Source: Botryllus schlosseri
Taxonomy: Eukaryota
Direction of reading: 5' to 3'
Length of the DNA stretch: 64,000 bases
Assembly: GCA_051294905.1 (NCBI GenBank)
Contig: CM119372.1
Span: forward strand, 35,838,001 to 35,902,000
The position numbers were made by a program, and so were the translations under genes. This document shows positions 11,898 to 26,100 of this stretch, one piece after another (within the stretch, counting starts at the first letter, position 1; each line of letters begins with the position of its first letter). The notes under the pieces were generated by a model, which was not told the DNA's origin, ran no database searches, and was given only the letters and a program-made list of their open reading frames with translations.

Positions 11898-12692
11898 CGG
11901 TGGCGGCTAACCCGTGGCTTGCGAGATGGTTGTGTATGGCCCTCGAGGTAATTCTCGAAACATCGGGTAAAATAGCAAGGCCTGCCAAAATTTGATTGGT
12001 CTGACCGCGAAATTTGATGATGACTAAAAAATCAGTTCCGACGCATTGGCGTATTTAGGGGCCAGCCACATTTATCGCAGATTTTCGTATATGACCATTA
12101 AGTAGAATATCTCGCAGCAGATTTATTCGACTTGATATTTTTCTTGGCACTTCGCATGATTTCTTGTCACTCGATTTTTTGCATTTAGTATTGGGGCCCT
12201 CCTGAAAATTAAAATACGCATCACTTACAGAATTGAGTCCAACTATATATTCGCAATTAGGAGATACGTTGTGTCGTCCAACATGCGACTTCGCTTGTGT
12301 GCTCGCAGCGAGATCGTCGACGATGAAACTTTGCACAATAGGACGGAGGGATGTTCACCGAAACCTTCGATATTGCTATATCTAAACGCCGAATAATCAT
12401 GTCCTTGCAAAATGAACCCAGTGGTATACAAAGGCAACCCTCAATATTTGCAAGTAACACATTTATTTATCGAATTCATTTGTTGTTTTTGAAAATATAT
12501 CCCACCTAGCGCGATCACGACATGAATGCCCACAGAGTTCTCATGACATAATGTAAAATGTAAGTCTTATTTTTATGTTACCTAATTCGGTTGGCTCCTA
12601 TCGGACGACTTAAGAAAGGTCATTAACATTCAAGTGGCCCACTCAATGGTTCCCAAATCTCTTGTGTCCCTTTGGCTGAAAAGGTACCCCTG
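11898..12692. mobile_element. Degenerate hAT MITE in intron 8 of the SAMD3-like gene
   Basis: Perfect TSD GTATAAGT (11890-11897, 12693-12700); decayed ends CGGTGGCGGCTAACC / AAGGTACCCCTG. Confidence 0.65.
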
Positions 12693-14153
12693 GTATAAGT
12701 GCTGTCATAGTCATAATTTTGACCTAATACATCAGCCATTATTACTCTGATAGTATTATTGGCTATATAAGTTCATACTCTCTTTGCCTTTCAGTATACA
12801 GTTGTGTGCCCTCTTTTTTCAGGATAATCCAGAATCACCGCACCCAGTCATACATCTTGACACTCGACAAACCAAGTGGACGGTGCACTTCGACGGGCTA
12901 GTGATAAATGACGTAGTAGATTTCACACATGCTTTAGCTCTCATCCTGTCAATACATTGGGTATTCAATATCCAGTTCGCACGTGGTGTGGATAAGACTC
13001 TACATTTCTTGTCCATCTGCATTGCAAAAATCAAAGGGCTGCATATGCCGTCTGCGGTCGCTTCAATGTGTGAAACAAATTGATTTGCAGTTTTTAAATT
13101 CATTTGATCATTGATATACAATGGTAAGTGTAAATAGTTTTGCTTTTTTGGGAGTGCTGAAGTAGATTTGGCCTCAAGTGATTATATTTTCAGCATACTT
13201 CATTACTTGACAATTCTGACGTTGTGAAGTAGAAAATAGGTTTGTACTGGACCTAATGATACTTTAGGAACTACATGAGTGCTTGTCAAGCCATTAGCTG
13301 CACTCCTGTGGAGCATGCTTGGTCTGCTGCAGGCTAAGTCATGCAAATATTTTTTGCACAATTTCTTTTTATACATGCTGCTGTTGATTTTCATATACTG
13401 TGCTTGAGCCTATTATGCTGTATATTTCCTGCTGATCTGCTGCTGTTAATCGGCTTTAAATAAATGAGCCTTTTCGCTATAGTTTTGTGAACAATCATGG
13501 CCGCCGAATGCATTGGGTCTTTCTGCCAGTACAGGTGTAAGATTTGGGTATAATAAGAGAGAGAAAAAGAGTGTTACAAGATATAGCTTGTACTGAGATT
13601 GCTATAGCTTGTACTGAGATTACTAGATTTAGCTTGTAGAGCTTGTAACGAATTACAAGAAAAATACTGTAAACTAGTAATCGATTACAAGAAAAATACT
13701 GTTAACTAATAATCGAATATACCATATTTTTTCCTGTAAATTTACAAGAATAATTTTTACAGTGTAGGCTATATATATATTGATTAATTTAATAATCACA
13801 CAGAGCAACAAAACAAAACCCAATACAACTGCTCCTGATCCGAGCAGCGACACTGGAACCGTAAAATACTGCCTGCAACTTTAATATCGTGAATTTGTCA
13901 AGTGGTCTTTTGGCGCGAGTCGGGCCCAAAATATTTACAATAGTCGTTTTAGAATATCACTTAAAATAGGGGATCGCCACAACAGGAAAAGTTCTTAGAA
14001 GATTACATAGACGCAGTAATATAGTTACTTGTCCGACTGTACTTCGGCATTTGTTCGACTCAGGTTTATATAGGCTGCTTCTAGTCAGGTGAATAATAAC
14101 AACAACTTCGCCATTTGAATTTCACGGGTTTTATGTACAATCCGAACGAGTAT

Positions 14154-14159
14154 TTTATT
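14154..14159 (-). promoter_or_regulatory. Polyadenylation signal AATAAA of the lectin gene
   Basis: TTTATT on the + strand ~40 nt past the TGA stop. Confidence 0.6.
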
Positions 14160-14196
14160 CACAAACAATCATAACAGTATACCGCCCGTCATTATT

Positions 14197-17100
14197 TCAA
14201 CTGCAAATGTATTTGATTTCTAAGTATTTGTTGGTGCGACGACAAGGATCTCCAAACACACGGTTTGCCGCGTTCACTCTGCATTCTGACCTCCCATTGC
14301 ACTTTCTAGATACCACCGCCAGACTTCCAGACGCACGACAGTTCCGTTTTGGTGGTCCGCCATTGTGGCATCTGGAATGAAAGTTTAGGTGCATATAACC
14401 AGATTAAATACCGCCATGGAAGCGCGAATTTTTAGCACAGTAATGACGTCGTTTATCCAATACGACGTAGGCTGCAGCGTAAAATGATATAACATTACAA
14501 CTAACAAATCGAAGGGTGCAAAGATGGAGGGCGCAAAATCTCCTTCGGTCATCCACACCGGACATCACTAACTTACAGTATTCCTAACTTTATGATATAG
14601 TTTTTCTCCAGGGATTTGGAATTGCTATGTCAGTAATAGGCTACTACTGGACGATTCCAAACGAATTTTCATAATGGGTGTCATCAATGTTCCCTCTAAT
14701 TCAGTGGTTCCCAATCTTTTTGTCATCATTCTCCACTTCAGATTTATTCCGATCCTTCATTCCCCACCAGCACCGTAACAGCACTTTGTCGCCCCCCAAA
14801 AAAGAAATACCGCTGGTCTTCTTCCAATCAGGTTGATAAACCCACCTTCGCCCCCCTCCCAGAACCCCTTCAGTCCACTGAGCCTGTACGCTTTACCCCG
14901 CTACATATCCGCTACATTGGGTCTCCTATTTAGTGCGCCGCCTTATTTCGACTAAACGCGCGAAGCGGGAAAAAATTTATATAGTTCATGATTGAATCGG
15001 TCAATATAAGCGGGAATTGCATATATTTTCCTTCCAATTCTTTATCCCCTCTCTGCTCACGTAATCAGATTTACCGGTAGAGCTGAGTGAGGTGTGTTGG
15101 AAGAGGTAGGACCCCTAAATAACAATGAAGCGCCTTCGGGCGGACCCATTGGTATATTGACTTCGTCACGTTATACTATTTCGTTTCCTCCTATATCTGC
15201 TATGTTAAAAGATATAGAAATCGCCAAAACTAATAGGCGCACATGATGTCTAATTGGCATTGCTTTACTGGCAAATAATGTTTTCCTGTGGGGTTCAGAT
15301 CACCGGGACAGGGACATTCGGCGCCAGTCATTTAACACCCTATGGACAATTAATCATATTGTATATATATCGACGTTTTGGGTCACCACAAGGGCATTTC
15401 TTCTCGGCCAAGGTCTTCTCGCTGCTGATCGTTCTGGCACACTTCTCGGAGTCGCATGTTACATGGCCTATAACTTTATATGTCGTGGTGCGTCGTGGCG
15501 CAGTAATGGCGGACGCCGTTGTCGCCATTTCTCTAAATTATACGTATTTCCGTGGGGAAGGGTACCCAATAATCAAGATATTCGGCAACATTAAATCGCG
15601 CACGAAGCGCGATTTTTTTTAAATGGCATATATTTACAAATATTTACTCTATTATTTATGTTAATTCACGAAATAATTCTGGGCACCTTCGAGCTCGACC
15701 CCCTCCAATTGGGGAGTTACGATCCGGTTCCCCATTATCCAACACTTTTGTCATCACAGAGCGCCATTTGCTGGTTTAACTGCATGCACAAGACACACAA
15801 CCACACCAGTACGCAAGACAAATGGCTATAACTGCAACATAAAACGTATTGTGAACCAATACCAGAACACTCAAAATTTCACGAAAGCGTTATTTCACGT
15901 CAAACTAGCATAGCTGGATGCATTTGCGACGCCATAATTGGCCATCAATAGTTAATAATAAGATCCTGTGAACAATACGCGATATGATTTTCAAAAATGT
16001 TTAAGTAGATACATGCATTTCAGTTCAGGGCATAGTTAACTGGTAACGGTAATTACGCATGTGTCTCCGTGAACATGCAGACTGTGCTGTATATATAATG
16101 TTAGACAAATGCGTCTATTCCCCACCAGAAACGATTGAATTCCCCACCGTTTGGGAACCACTGCTCTAATTTGTGACGAGTCTGCGCGCACCCATCAACT
16201 CACTGCGCGGCCCCTTGGACAACTGTGCGTAACGACTAAACAAAAGGTCATCACTTCCGATTTTTTTGTGCGCAGCTTGGATTTTCTGTGCGCAGAGACC
16301 GTGTCAGCACTGCGCAATCGTGCATGTGCGCAACTCAGAGGGAACATTGGGTGTCATTGTTTCAAACAGCGTGCAACGCGATGAGATCGCATTAAAATCG
16401 ATTTAATTCGGCTCATCTGATTCTACTCAATGTCTGCTTCAAAGTGAACGAACAGGTGCCAATAAGACGCAATCATTAGCCATTAATTGTGTGAAATCGA
16501 TTTGCTATGGTTTTCCTTTCTAACTACACAAAGAACAAGTAATGATGCATTCATGAACATCAATTTACTTCAGTTAGTCATGACACTCAGCCATTTCTTT
16601 TGGTAGATTAGTTATGGAGTGAAGTCGACGAGATGATGCTTATCTGTAGTCAAATACGACTAGAAGTACTAGAAGTAGCCATATACGAAGCATTACTACA
16701 TCAATTAAGTAGAGGTAGATTACGTTAGGTTTGGTCAACGCTTCATATTAATAAGGTATCCGTTGCCCGTTCATATTCCTGGCTGATCTACATCGGAGCA
16801 AAGGTCAGTACTTTTTATATGCATTTTATATGATATACCGTAATATCATATAATATTGAGAATAGATTGACGCGCGAGTGGCTTATCAAAATCTGAAGGT
16901 ACAATAAGATTCTCGGATATTTTTACTTTGCCACACTTATAGTGCTAACGTTCGCTGTACATGAGAGTCAGTCTAGAAAGGTAGAGTGGAATGAAGTTGT
17001 AAATGAGAACATATAAGAAGCATATTCAAAAGTAAATTTAGTTTTCAATTATTGGATTGAGACTACAAATGATAAATTGTTGTTGGCTAATCTCCGATAT

Positions 17101-20100
17101 GCTTGTAATATTGAAGAATTGGAAGTAGAAAAATCTACTAGGGTACCTCGAAAAGGTAATACTCTGATTTGAAATGAATGCAGTTATTGCTTTCCTGTCA
17201 AGTGCTCACCGATTTCCCTCCGTTCTTCCATACATGGCTTCTATGATTTTTATTCTTTGTCCGAGTGGGCACGTGACGTCCATATTGTGGCTCTCGCAGG
17301 CAAGTAGGTGGTTCAATTCTGAAAAGAAATTTAAAACCGTCAACATACAAAAACACCTAATCGCCTGATTTCGCATATGGGCTTGTGCCAAATCCAAGTT
17401 GGTTTCGGCAGCGAGAGAAATCCTAATACATTACGTTTCCACATCTATGACGTACGCCGCATGCAGTCCGGAATATCCACCGAATACCGTGCTTACGAAA
17501 CGGGAACTCTACTGGTACGAGCAACTCACATGTGTGCTAAAACGCGATAAAAACGACACATCACAAGTTACTTAGCTTCATGACTTATGCAGTGGTCTGT
17601 CACGTGGAATGGATGGATCTAAGTCATACCTTTGCATGCACCGTTGACCAGCATGTGACCATCCTTGCACTCGCATCGTCGCGATCTGCAGATTTCATTG
17701 CGCGAACAATCGTCGTTCGTGGAACACCCGGCTGTAAAACAAATAATATTTTCGTTGAATATCAAGAAACGGGTGCTGCGGCTTCGACGAAAAGATACAT
17801 ATAGTCGGATCTGCATTTGCATAATAATACCTGTATTCGCGTGTAGTACAGAGTGTGAACTGTGAATATAACTTTCGCTTTAGAATTGGTGCAATTATGT
17901 GATGTTCCAGAAAAGGGTTTTGTCATCAAGTCCTAATGTTATAAGCAGCATCAAGGAAATTTCACGTTTTTATTATTAACTCAATTTGGTTCCCTCCTGT
18001 CCCTCCTTTCACTTCTACTCAAGTGTTTCGTAGAGAGGAAGACTATATTTCCAAGTCTCCTCATACACGCTCTTGAAGCCAAGCAATTATTATGATTTCA
18101 TTTTTTGTTTTCGATTTGGTCCAACAATAAATCGGATTTGGATAAATCCGAATGATTTTCCTGAGTGAAATTGTCAAGGCAGTCAGGAAACAGATCGAAA
18201 ATCGAACATTTCCTATTTGCTTCGTCTTTATTCATTCTGCCATAGAACATTAGAACAGCATAACGATGATGAAGCTACAAATTCTAAAAACGGTCACCAG
18301 TAATTATCTTACACAATTCTGCAATGCTTCGTCACGATCTACTTCATTACACTACATCCTAGAACAAGTTCCGGGCCTTTCGTTTTGTGAGTTTACTTGA
18401 CGTAGTTTTGATACAACTTGAAATCACTATTTCTATACTTGTAATTGAGCAGGAATTTACAACAGTTATCGACTATCGATGACGAATACTTTAGTGGGAT
18501 ATCAAATATATGCTTAGAACACTCCGAATTAAGTAATATAAGCGGCATAGATTTTTCTGTAAAATTGTATTTTGTCATCACCCTACCTTTGCAGATCAGA
18601 GATTAAGCGAATTCTGATAAATATTAGAATCGTGTTCTGGATTTAGGATTCTAGCTCAACTTCGAATCGGGCATTGACTGAGATGATCTAAAATTGCACG
18701 GCATTATGAAATTATTAGAATAAATCATAAATACAAATCCGATACAAATCTGATCACCAGCATATAGAATCCGGCGTCCCCAAATCCGAATCTTGCAAAA
18801 TTATGTAAAGGAAAAGAACGTAAGTAGATTGGTCATGCTTGCAATACGAAGGAATCATGGAATACAAAATCAATGACCATGCTTGAATAGGCTACATACC
18901 GACGCAAGCTCCGGCAATATTGATATATCCTCTCATGCAAACGCATTGCCTTGAATGACACTGCTGGTTACTCCCGCAGTGAACATTACTGCGACATTCG
19001 TCTGAAAATACATTATGTATGCGAAATGCGGGTTTATCTTCAGAATCTGAGACACCTAGCCCATCTCTATATTGGGTGGAATAGTCTTAACGAAAGTTTA
19101 ATGGAATCCGCTAAATTTCAGAATTTGCAAATGAAATATAGGGTGAACTATAGTCTGCGCCCGAGATAACCTGACCACGATCTGGAAATTTTATTTCGCC
19201 CGTAGACGCAGGTCCCTTCATTTTCACCGTTTGTCCTTTGTTTGTTCTGCTCTATTACTGTTGGTTGAATGTAAAAGCCACTCTATTAAACGTTCAGGAA
19301 TGTGGATCTAGGGCTATACCAAGGTGAATTCTTCTTTGGAAAGATTATACTTGAAGTCGTTTCGGCTCCTTCCTATATTTTCATTTTAAACAATCTAGTG
19401 GTGTATGCCAATGGTTCTCAACCGCCCGTCCGCGGACCGGTGCCGGTCCGACAGGCATAATAAAATTTTATACCTCAATTTCAAGATGCAAGATGTTAAA
19501 GACTTTTTCCACTGGGTGGCGACTGAATCTAAGACCTACCGGTCCCCCGTCGTCTCCCAATCTATACCAATTTACATGTGTTTGTTGGTGAGATGAATAA
19601 AGCATACTGACTGACTGACATTGATAAAATAAATAAAACGTCAAATATTAAACTGATTCAGAACTTGGTGAAGTAACATTAGGCCTCGAAACATGTTCGA
19701 TTGACATGAAGTCCAAGCCGTGGCTGGTGATGACATATACGAGGGTCGAGGGGACTGGCTCATTCGTTTTCGATTCATTCATTTCGTGGATGAGCATTGA
19801 CCAGGTATCGCAGTTACCAGGTGTTTGTTTGAGTTGCAGTGTATTCGTAGTAGGCCTATACGTCTGGTGGTTGTGGGAAATGAGCAACGCAGCAGCACAA
19901 GGTGCTTGGTTTAACTCCGCAACGCGTTTTCTCGATATTGTCAAAGAGAAAAGTAGCCTATTATTTGAGTTGGTATGGTCGATTCGGGATTCTCGGCGGT
20001 AGCATAGGTGTATCTGGCAATTATACCTGTCTCCACAGACAGACTACCGTAGTTATCACATGAATACCATCATGAACATATTTACGAACAAACCGTCGAA

Positions 20101-23100
20101 ATGTCACTCTCTAGTACAGACCTGGGCAAAGTGCTGCCCGCGAAAAGTTACCTGGAATTCAGAACAGAAAATCTACTTTTGACTGTTAGTTCGTTGACTA
20201 GGCTAAAACCACGGGAAAATGTGGACCGTGCTACAAGTCGGAAGCTATGGAATCAATGATAAGGAATATCGGCCTGGTGTACAGGGCTTTGGAGCTGGAG
20301 CCGGAGCCCCGGAGCCGTGCATTTTTACCGGGGCTGGAGCCGGAGTCGGAGCTCTACATAAAATTCAGTCGGAGCCGGAGCTGGAGCCAGTTATTTGAGG
20401 GGTAGCTCCGGCTCCGACGTATTTCATAAGATGCTTATATATGCAACAACCATATCTGCTGACTTCACATAATTCAACAGCAGACCTTCGCGAAATTAAT
20501 AATTTTTTCCTCTTTGGCGCTACATTTTCCGACTAACCATGCTCCTGATGATTTAACAGCAGAACAGTCATATGTTCAATGTTCAATTTTCATACATGAG
20601 TGCCGAACCCTGGTATGCGAAATATGTCCATGAATATTGTGGGTATTCGGCATAACCGCAATTTCATCATCAGCATAACCTTGTTGGTTTACGGTTCGAA
20701 AATAATGATCACTATGTATTACGCGAAATGAGAGAGAGAGAGGATAAAAACGTGATTTCGGTGGACATGTCGATATGACGAGCACCTGCCGAAAAATTCC
20801 ATCTTATCGTTGCTAGGAATCGGATGAGCATATACTCGTTCTTTCGTGATAGTTCTTCAATCGGGACGCGAAATTGGACAGTGTTATTGAGTATGCAATT
20901 ATGCATGCTAATTGGAATTCATTACTGCGCATCATCGCCATTCACTCCAGTAAGGATTTTCGAGCGTAAGTAGGGGATGGCAGAAGAGTAGTCCAAAACC
21001 CCATGGTATTTTATGTTCAGAGGTGGTCAAAGTAGTCAAGAAAGCTACTCAAGTAGAAGTAGAAGTAGCGACGAAAAAATCTACTCAATTACGAGTAGAA
21101 GTACTTCTTCCATAAGCACCCTAACACTACTTGAAGTAGAAGTAGAATTGACTGACTTTAAAAGTACTCAAGTAAGTAAGTAGTTGTGAAAACGATCCTA
21201 ATTCGTTCACATGGATTGTAAAAAGGCGCAAATTGAGCTATGCGAAAGGTGACGAGCTTGATTCATATTGATGCCTACCAGCAGGTATCCAATTTTCGAT
21301 AGCATAAGCATTCGTCCACATCATGGGAAGAAAATGATAGGATTGATATGGAAATGCGATACTTATCCTCTGTTTTCTCGAACAGCACGTTTTAGAAAAT
21401 AGCATGGTATGGCGCCATCCCCCATATTATAAGGTCCGTAGTTTAGTCGAAGAGCAATACGGAGAAGTTGTATAGGATACGGTGCAAACACTTTGCGCGA
21501 TTAGTAAACGTTAATAAAAAATATGGTGGACCGTTAAAATGCGATATTGTGTAGCTTTATTTCCGGAAATTAAAGGCATTACTACACTTGCTTTTATACT
21601 TCAACATGTATTTTAGCCAGACAAAATAACTGATTTTAATTATAACTCAAAGTATATGATACCTGGAATTGAAAATGAAACATAAATACTACTTCTAAAA
21701 GCGGAACACGTTTTTCCTGCCTTTAGTCCAAAAAGTCTCAAATGTGGTATGCTAAAACAGCTCTAAAACTAACAAAAAATCTCAGAGTCCACTTTGCCAG
21801 GATAGGACGCGCCATGGACATGCAAGATTACGATATGACAAATAAATGCTAGATTGCGAAACATCAGTTTCAAACGTTTTGATGATCCATATATACCGTG
21901 ATGATTATTTCATATGGGCGAAGGGGGACAATGTGGTGTAAACGCAGGGATATCTAGATATCCAATTCTAGATATCCCAGTGTGAACGGAACGACGCCAA
22001 CCCGCTACCTAAATTATATTCATCGATACTTTCGTGAAATCATACTGGTAACTCCGTTTCCACTGCGCGCGAAGCGCGACGAAAATTCTGGGCTCTACTC
22101 AACTTTTATGAAAATTAAATGTTGATACTCCTTGAAAACAGCCCCGAAATTCCTCAGGCCATCTTCCTGATTGAAAGATTTACTACTTCTACTTGACAAA
22201 CTGAAAATAGCGAAAAGTAAGTAAGTAGATCGCAAAATATTACGAAGTAAAAGTAGAAGTAGCGAAAATCAGATCTACTTGAGTAAGTACCAGAAGTAGA
22301 GGAAAACTACTTGAGTACTTCGAAAAAGTAGAAGTACTTCGTTACTGACCAACTCTGTTTATGTTGGAGACAAATTACCGATTTGATACGCGATTTCCAA
22401 TTTGTAATCATCTGTTTCGTTTATTCATTCTTGATGTCTGCTTGATACTCTAGTATTCTCGGATTATCGCGCACTGTGACTTGTAAATGTGCAATGTGCA
22501 TACTTCTTGGTTTAATTCGTTATGGGAATGACGCAATGTGCATGACACAGTGTTTAATTCGAATATTCGATTATTTACAACGGGAAAATATTATATTCCG
22601 ATAAACTTGATCGACACCGGATGGACTGGTAACGAGTGCACCAATATCGAACGTCAAACCATTGGCCATTTGTGCGAATCGAATGTCTATTGTGATCACG
22701 TCGTTATATCGGCCCATATTGCTCTTACTACAGTTACAGTTGAATAATAATCGCACATTTAAAAATTGAATTGAGCTGTATGGCTTAATGTTAACGAGTA
22801 GGGGATGCCGGGGACAAATGTAACACGGGGCAACTGTAACAATCGACCTCAACGTTAGTAGGATGAATAAATTGCCTTCATATTTTGAATGCACATGCGG
22901 TAGGTAGGCTATGTCTTCTAATATACGTGAAGTTACGTTGATCTACGACGCCAAGCCCCGGCATAATTTCGAAAAAACGAAATTTTGGATTCTTGAGTAA
23001 ATATTTTCTGATTTGGAATAATTTGTTCTAAAGAATAAAACCTCAAGTGGTTACAATGCAAGATATGTAGCTGGAACAATGTTAAAATGTTACCATAGTC

Positions 23101-26100
23101 TACCGTGATGACAGGGAAACTAGGACTCGCGTCGCCGGGAAGGCACCATGCTGAGACATCAATCATGGTCGAGCGTGTCAGGGGCAATTGTAACACCCTG
23201 TGTTTGTACGATGGTATAACTATTTATCTACTGCAGATGAATCTTGCAACAGCCAGAAGTTCAATACCAGAACAGACTCTACCTGGTCATACCAATTCTA
23301 ACATGATACTCTGTCGGTACGGCCCGACAGAAGTGGTGATATGAATCTTAGGGTCCGGTTATTTCCGTCATTCTACTACCCTATCTCATGTTGATCGACT
23401 TTTGCTGTGTCGACCTTCAATGGTAAATTAAGAGCTTGCCCATGACTGAATCCTCATCCCCTGACTTTGAGCATGGCCCACTTACATTTTGTCATCTGGT
23501 GTGAACAATTTATTTAAATTTTGTACGGAACAGAAGAATACCATTAGTTTGATGCCACACAATGTTGTGTCCTCGTTTTGCTACACTATCATCGGCCCAT
23601 TCAACCAATATATTTTAGCCAGGTCGGTTTCGCAGTGCGAAATTCGCACCTTCGCAGATGACCGAATTCCCAAGCCATTATGCACACTGAACTACAGCAC
23701 CTTGGTAGAAGACGCCCAATATGTGTAGGAAGATGATGGAATCAATGTGTTTCTTGTAGGCGACACTTCGAGATCATGCAGAAGGCACGAAGGATAATAA
23801 TATATTCAGATGCCAAAAATGCGATAGGGCGTAGCCTGGAAGCGTTCAAACTTCTCTTTTTCAGTTTAATTCAATAGTACGATTTGTGCTCCCATTATTG
23901 TTATTCATTTCGTTTGTTTTTAGTTATAAATAACACTGTTACAATTGTCCCGAGGTACGGGGCGATTGTAACATTTGAGTGACGATCTTCGCGACTCAAA
24001 ATTTCCATGATTGAATATTGATTGAGTTCCTTTTTAGTTTTAATATCAACTATCGAGTTGTTGGATTCTTTACATAAAAGTTTGGACAGGGATATCTAGA
24101 AACTAAGCTAAACTAAGAATTTCTAGATATCCTTGAGTTTGGAAATGAAATATCCACGAGAAAAACAAGTAATGTTCGAAAATACAAAAACTGTTAACAA
24201 TTGTCCCCGGTCTCCCCTATAGTGACAGTGTTAAAACGCCGCATCAGAATTTGAATGCTGTACAACAGCAATGGCCCGGAGTAAAGTGCGTTCTAGTGCA
24301 ACTTTGATGTTATCGACAATTGACAAGTATTCATTATGTCGTCACAAGCCGACACGGCGGCACCTATGTCTTCATGCATCCGATGTTACTGACGGCTGAC
24401 CGACTCTTCTAGATTACTGTAGATAACTAACCTTCGAGTAAATTAGTAGTCTATATAGACCAAGGGTGGCTAACCTTTTAGGCTAAAGGGCCACATGAAA
24501 TTGACGAACGAGTGCGCTGCCCACTAGCCGCGCCAGGCGCGTAAAATTTTCGTAAATATTAATAATACATGGGTATATTGCGGGTCGACTGTATACCACA
24601 CGCTGGGCTCAGTTTGCAAGGGCAGGACTATTCGGCATCTGGAAATATCGATATCGAAGATTTCCGCTAATATATGACAATCATTTTGTGCCAACATTTC
24701 TTCGTTGTCGACGTTTTTTTTTTCATTTTACGGTGGGGGTAGGCTACAAAGAAAGACATCGTGTGACAATTAAAAACGCGATGCGTGATAAAAATGACTA
24801 CGTTTTCAGTTTAATGTAATGTACGACGATTTACTAAAAATGTGACTGGATCCTGGATCTGCCAATGCGTCGGAACTGATATTTTAGTCATCAACATCCC
24901 TAGTGTCGCGGCCAGGCTAATCAAATTTTTGGTTGGCCTTGCAAGTTCATAATCTGAGCAATTCAATTTCGATAATATAACAGGGAATTTCGATATATAA
25001 TGGGAAATTAGGTCACTGGCTACCAGGGTTGTAACCAAGTCACATGGTTCCGAGTCACGAGTCAATCTGACTTTTGTGGTTTTGACTCGAGTCGAGTCGA
25101 GTCATTTTCAATTCATCACTGACTCGAGTCCGAGTCCAAGTCACCGTTTTAAGGGTCAAGTCCGAGTCATAGTGTTATGACTCGAGTCGAGTCCAAGTCA
25201 CAGTATTGAAGTCATGTTCAACTTATGTTTTCAATCCTGCTTGGGTGATATCGAATTCCTTGCTTGCCAAACATGCTTATTTTGTCCCTATCATAGTCTT
25301 GGCACAAGTTTATTTAGATAGGCAGATAACAGACAGTTCCTGACCTCATATACCGATGCTACAGATAGACAAGATAGGCCGCCAATACGATAACGTTACT
25401 AATCTTAGAACTTTAAATCAAATATCTGTCTTGTCTGTCTGATATATCACAAATAAAAGCATTCAGTTTTTATTTAGAGCACATCGACGACCGCTCACAA
25501 ATAGCTTATAGAGAATTAACGAATTCACATCTACATACTATCTGATAGAGGACCTACGAATTCACGTCTAGCTAGATACAAGCTGGTAAAGAATCAACAG
25601 ATAAACGCTTATGTAGAGGTACAGTTTTGCTTTCACATCATATCAGGTGGTTGGCCAGAAAAAAGGTCAACTTTTCTGCTCAGCTGCCGAAATAGTCGCC
25701 GGAGCGTTACTTTAGTTCTGATTTACTGTTGTCTTAGTCTAATTTGCCCTACATTTACCAAAAAAATTCTCAAATATGAGGACAGAATCTCAAAAAAGAA
25801 GCTACTTCTTAAAATTGTTAGATTATCTAAAATAACTTCAAATCCAAAATTTTCTCCTCTCTTTTCATTGATTCCACCTTTTCAAATTAGGCCAGATCCA
25901 GTGTTCTTTCTATGCAACGTAGCAATTTTATCAAGTAGCCACCCAGTAGAATAAAAAAGAAGGTATTTTTGATCGGCCCTATTGCACAAATATCACACAA
26001 CATTAGCCATTCATTATTATCACGTGCACAATGCACATACCTAACAAAACGTCAAACGGACGGAGGGTATTGTGACAGACAGCAGATCAAATCAATGAGT

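Larger units (their letters stand above)
9102..13083 (+). pseudogene. Spliced SAMD3-like transposon accessory gene, 9 exons, one premature stop
   Basis: Phase-consistent GT-AG exons: 9102-9339, 9407-9502, 10013-10292, 10549-10657, 11001-11198, 11269-11475, 11533-11662, 11735-11805, 12823-13083. Motifs: WHDWKKKLDNKIFNERRK, MKATFKRRRFDI...DILVEYPLL, FTHALALILSIHWVFNIQF...TLHFL. TAA at 9153-9155 (codon 18). Confidence 0.82.
7003..13764 (+). mobile_element. CACTA/EnSpm-type DNA transposon, internally deleted (6.76 kb)
   Basis: 24-bp TIRs CACTGTAAAAAGAATTCTTGTAAA / CACTGTAAAAATTATTCTTGTAAA; 2-bp TA TSD; subterminal (G)CTTGTA repeats at both ends; internal transposase remnant and accessory gene. 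Confidence 0.88.
14685..16349. mobile_element. Short hAT MITE (outer layer, ~200 bp own sequence) in the last lectin intron
   Basis: TIR CAATGTTCCCTCT; perfect TSD GGTGTCAT (14677-14684, 16350-16357). Confidence 0.9.
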
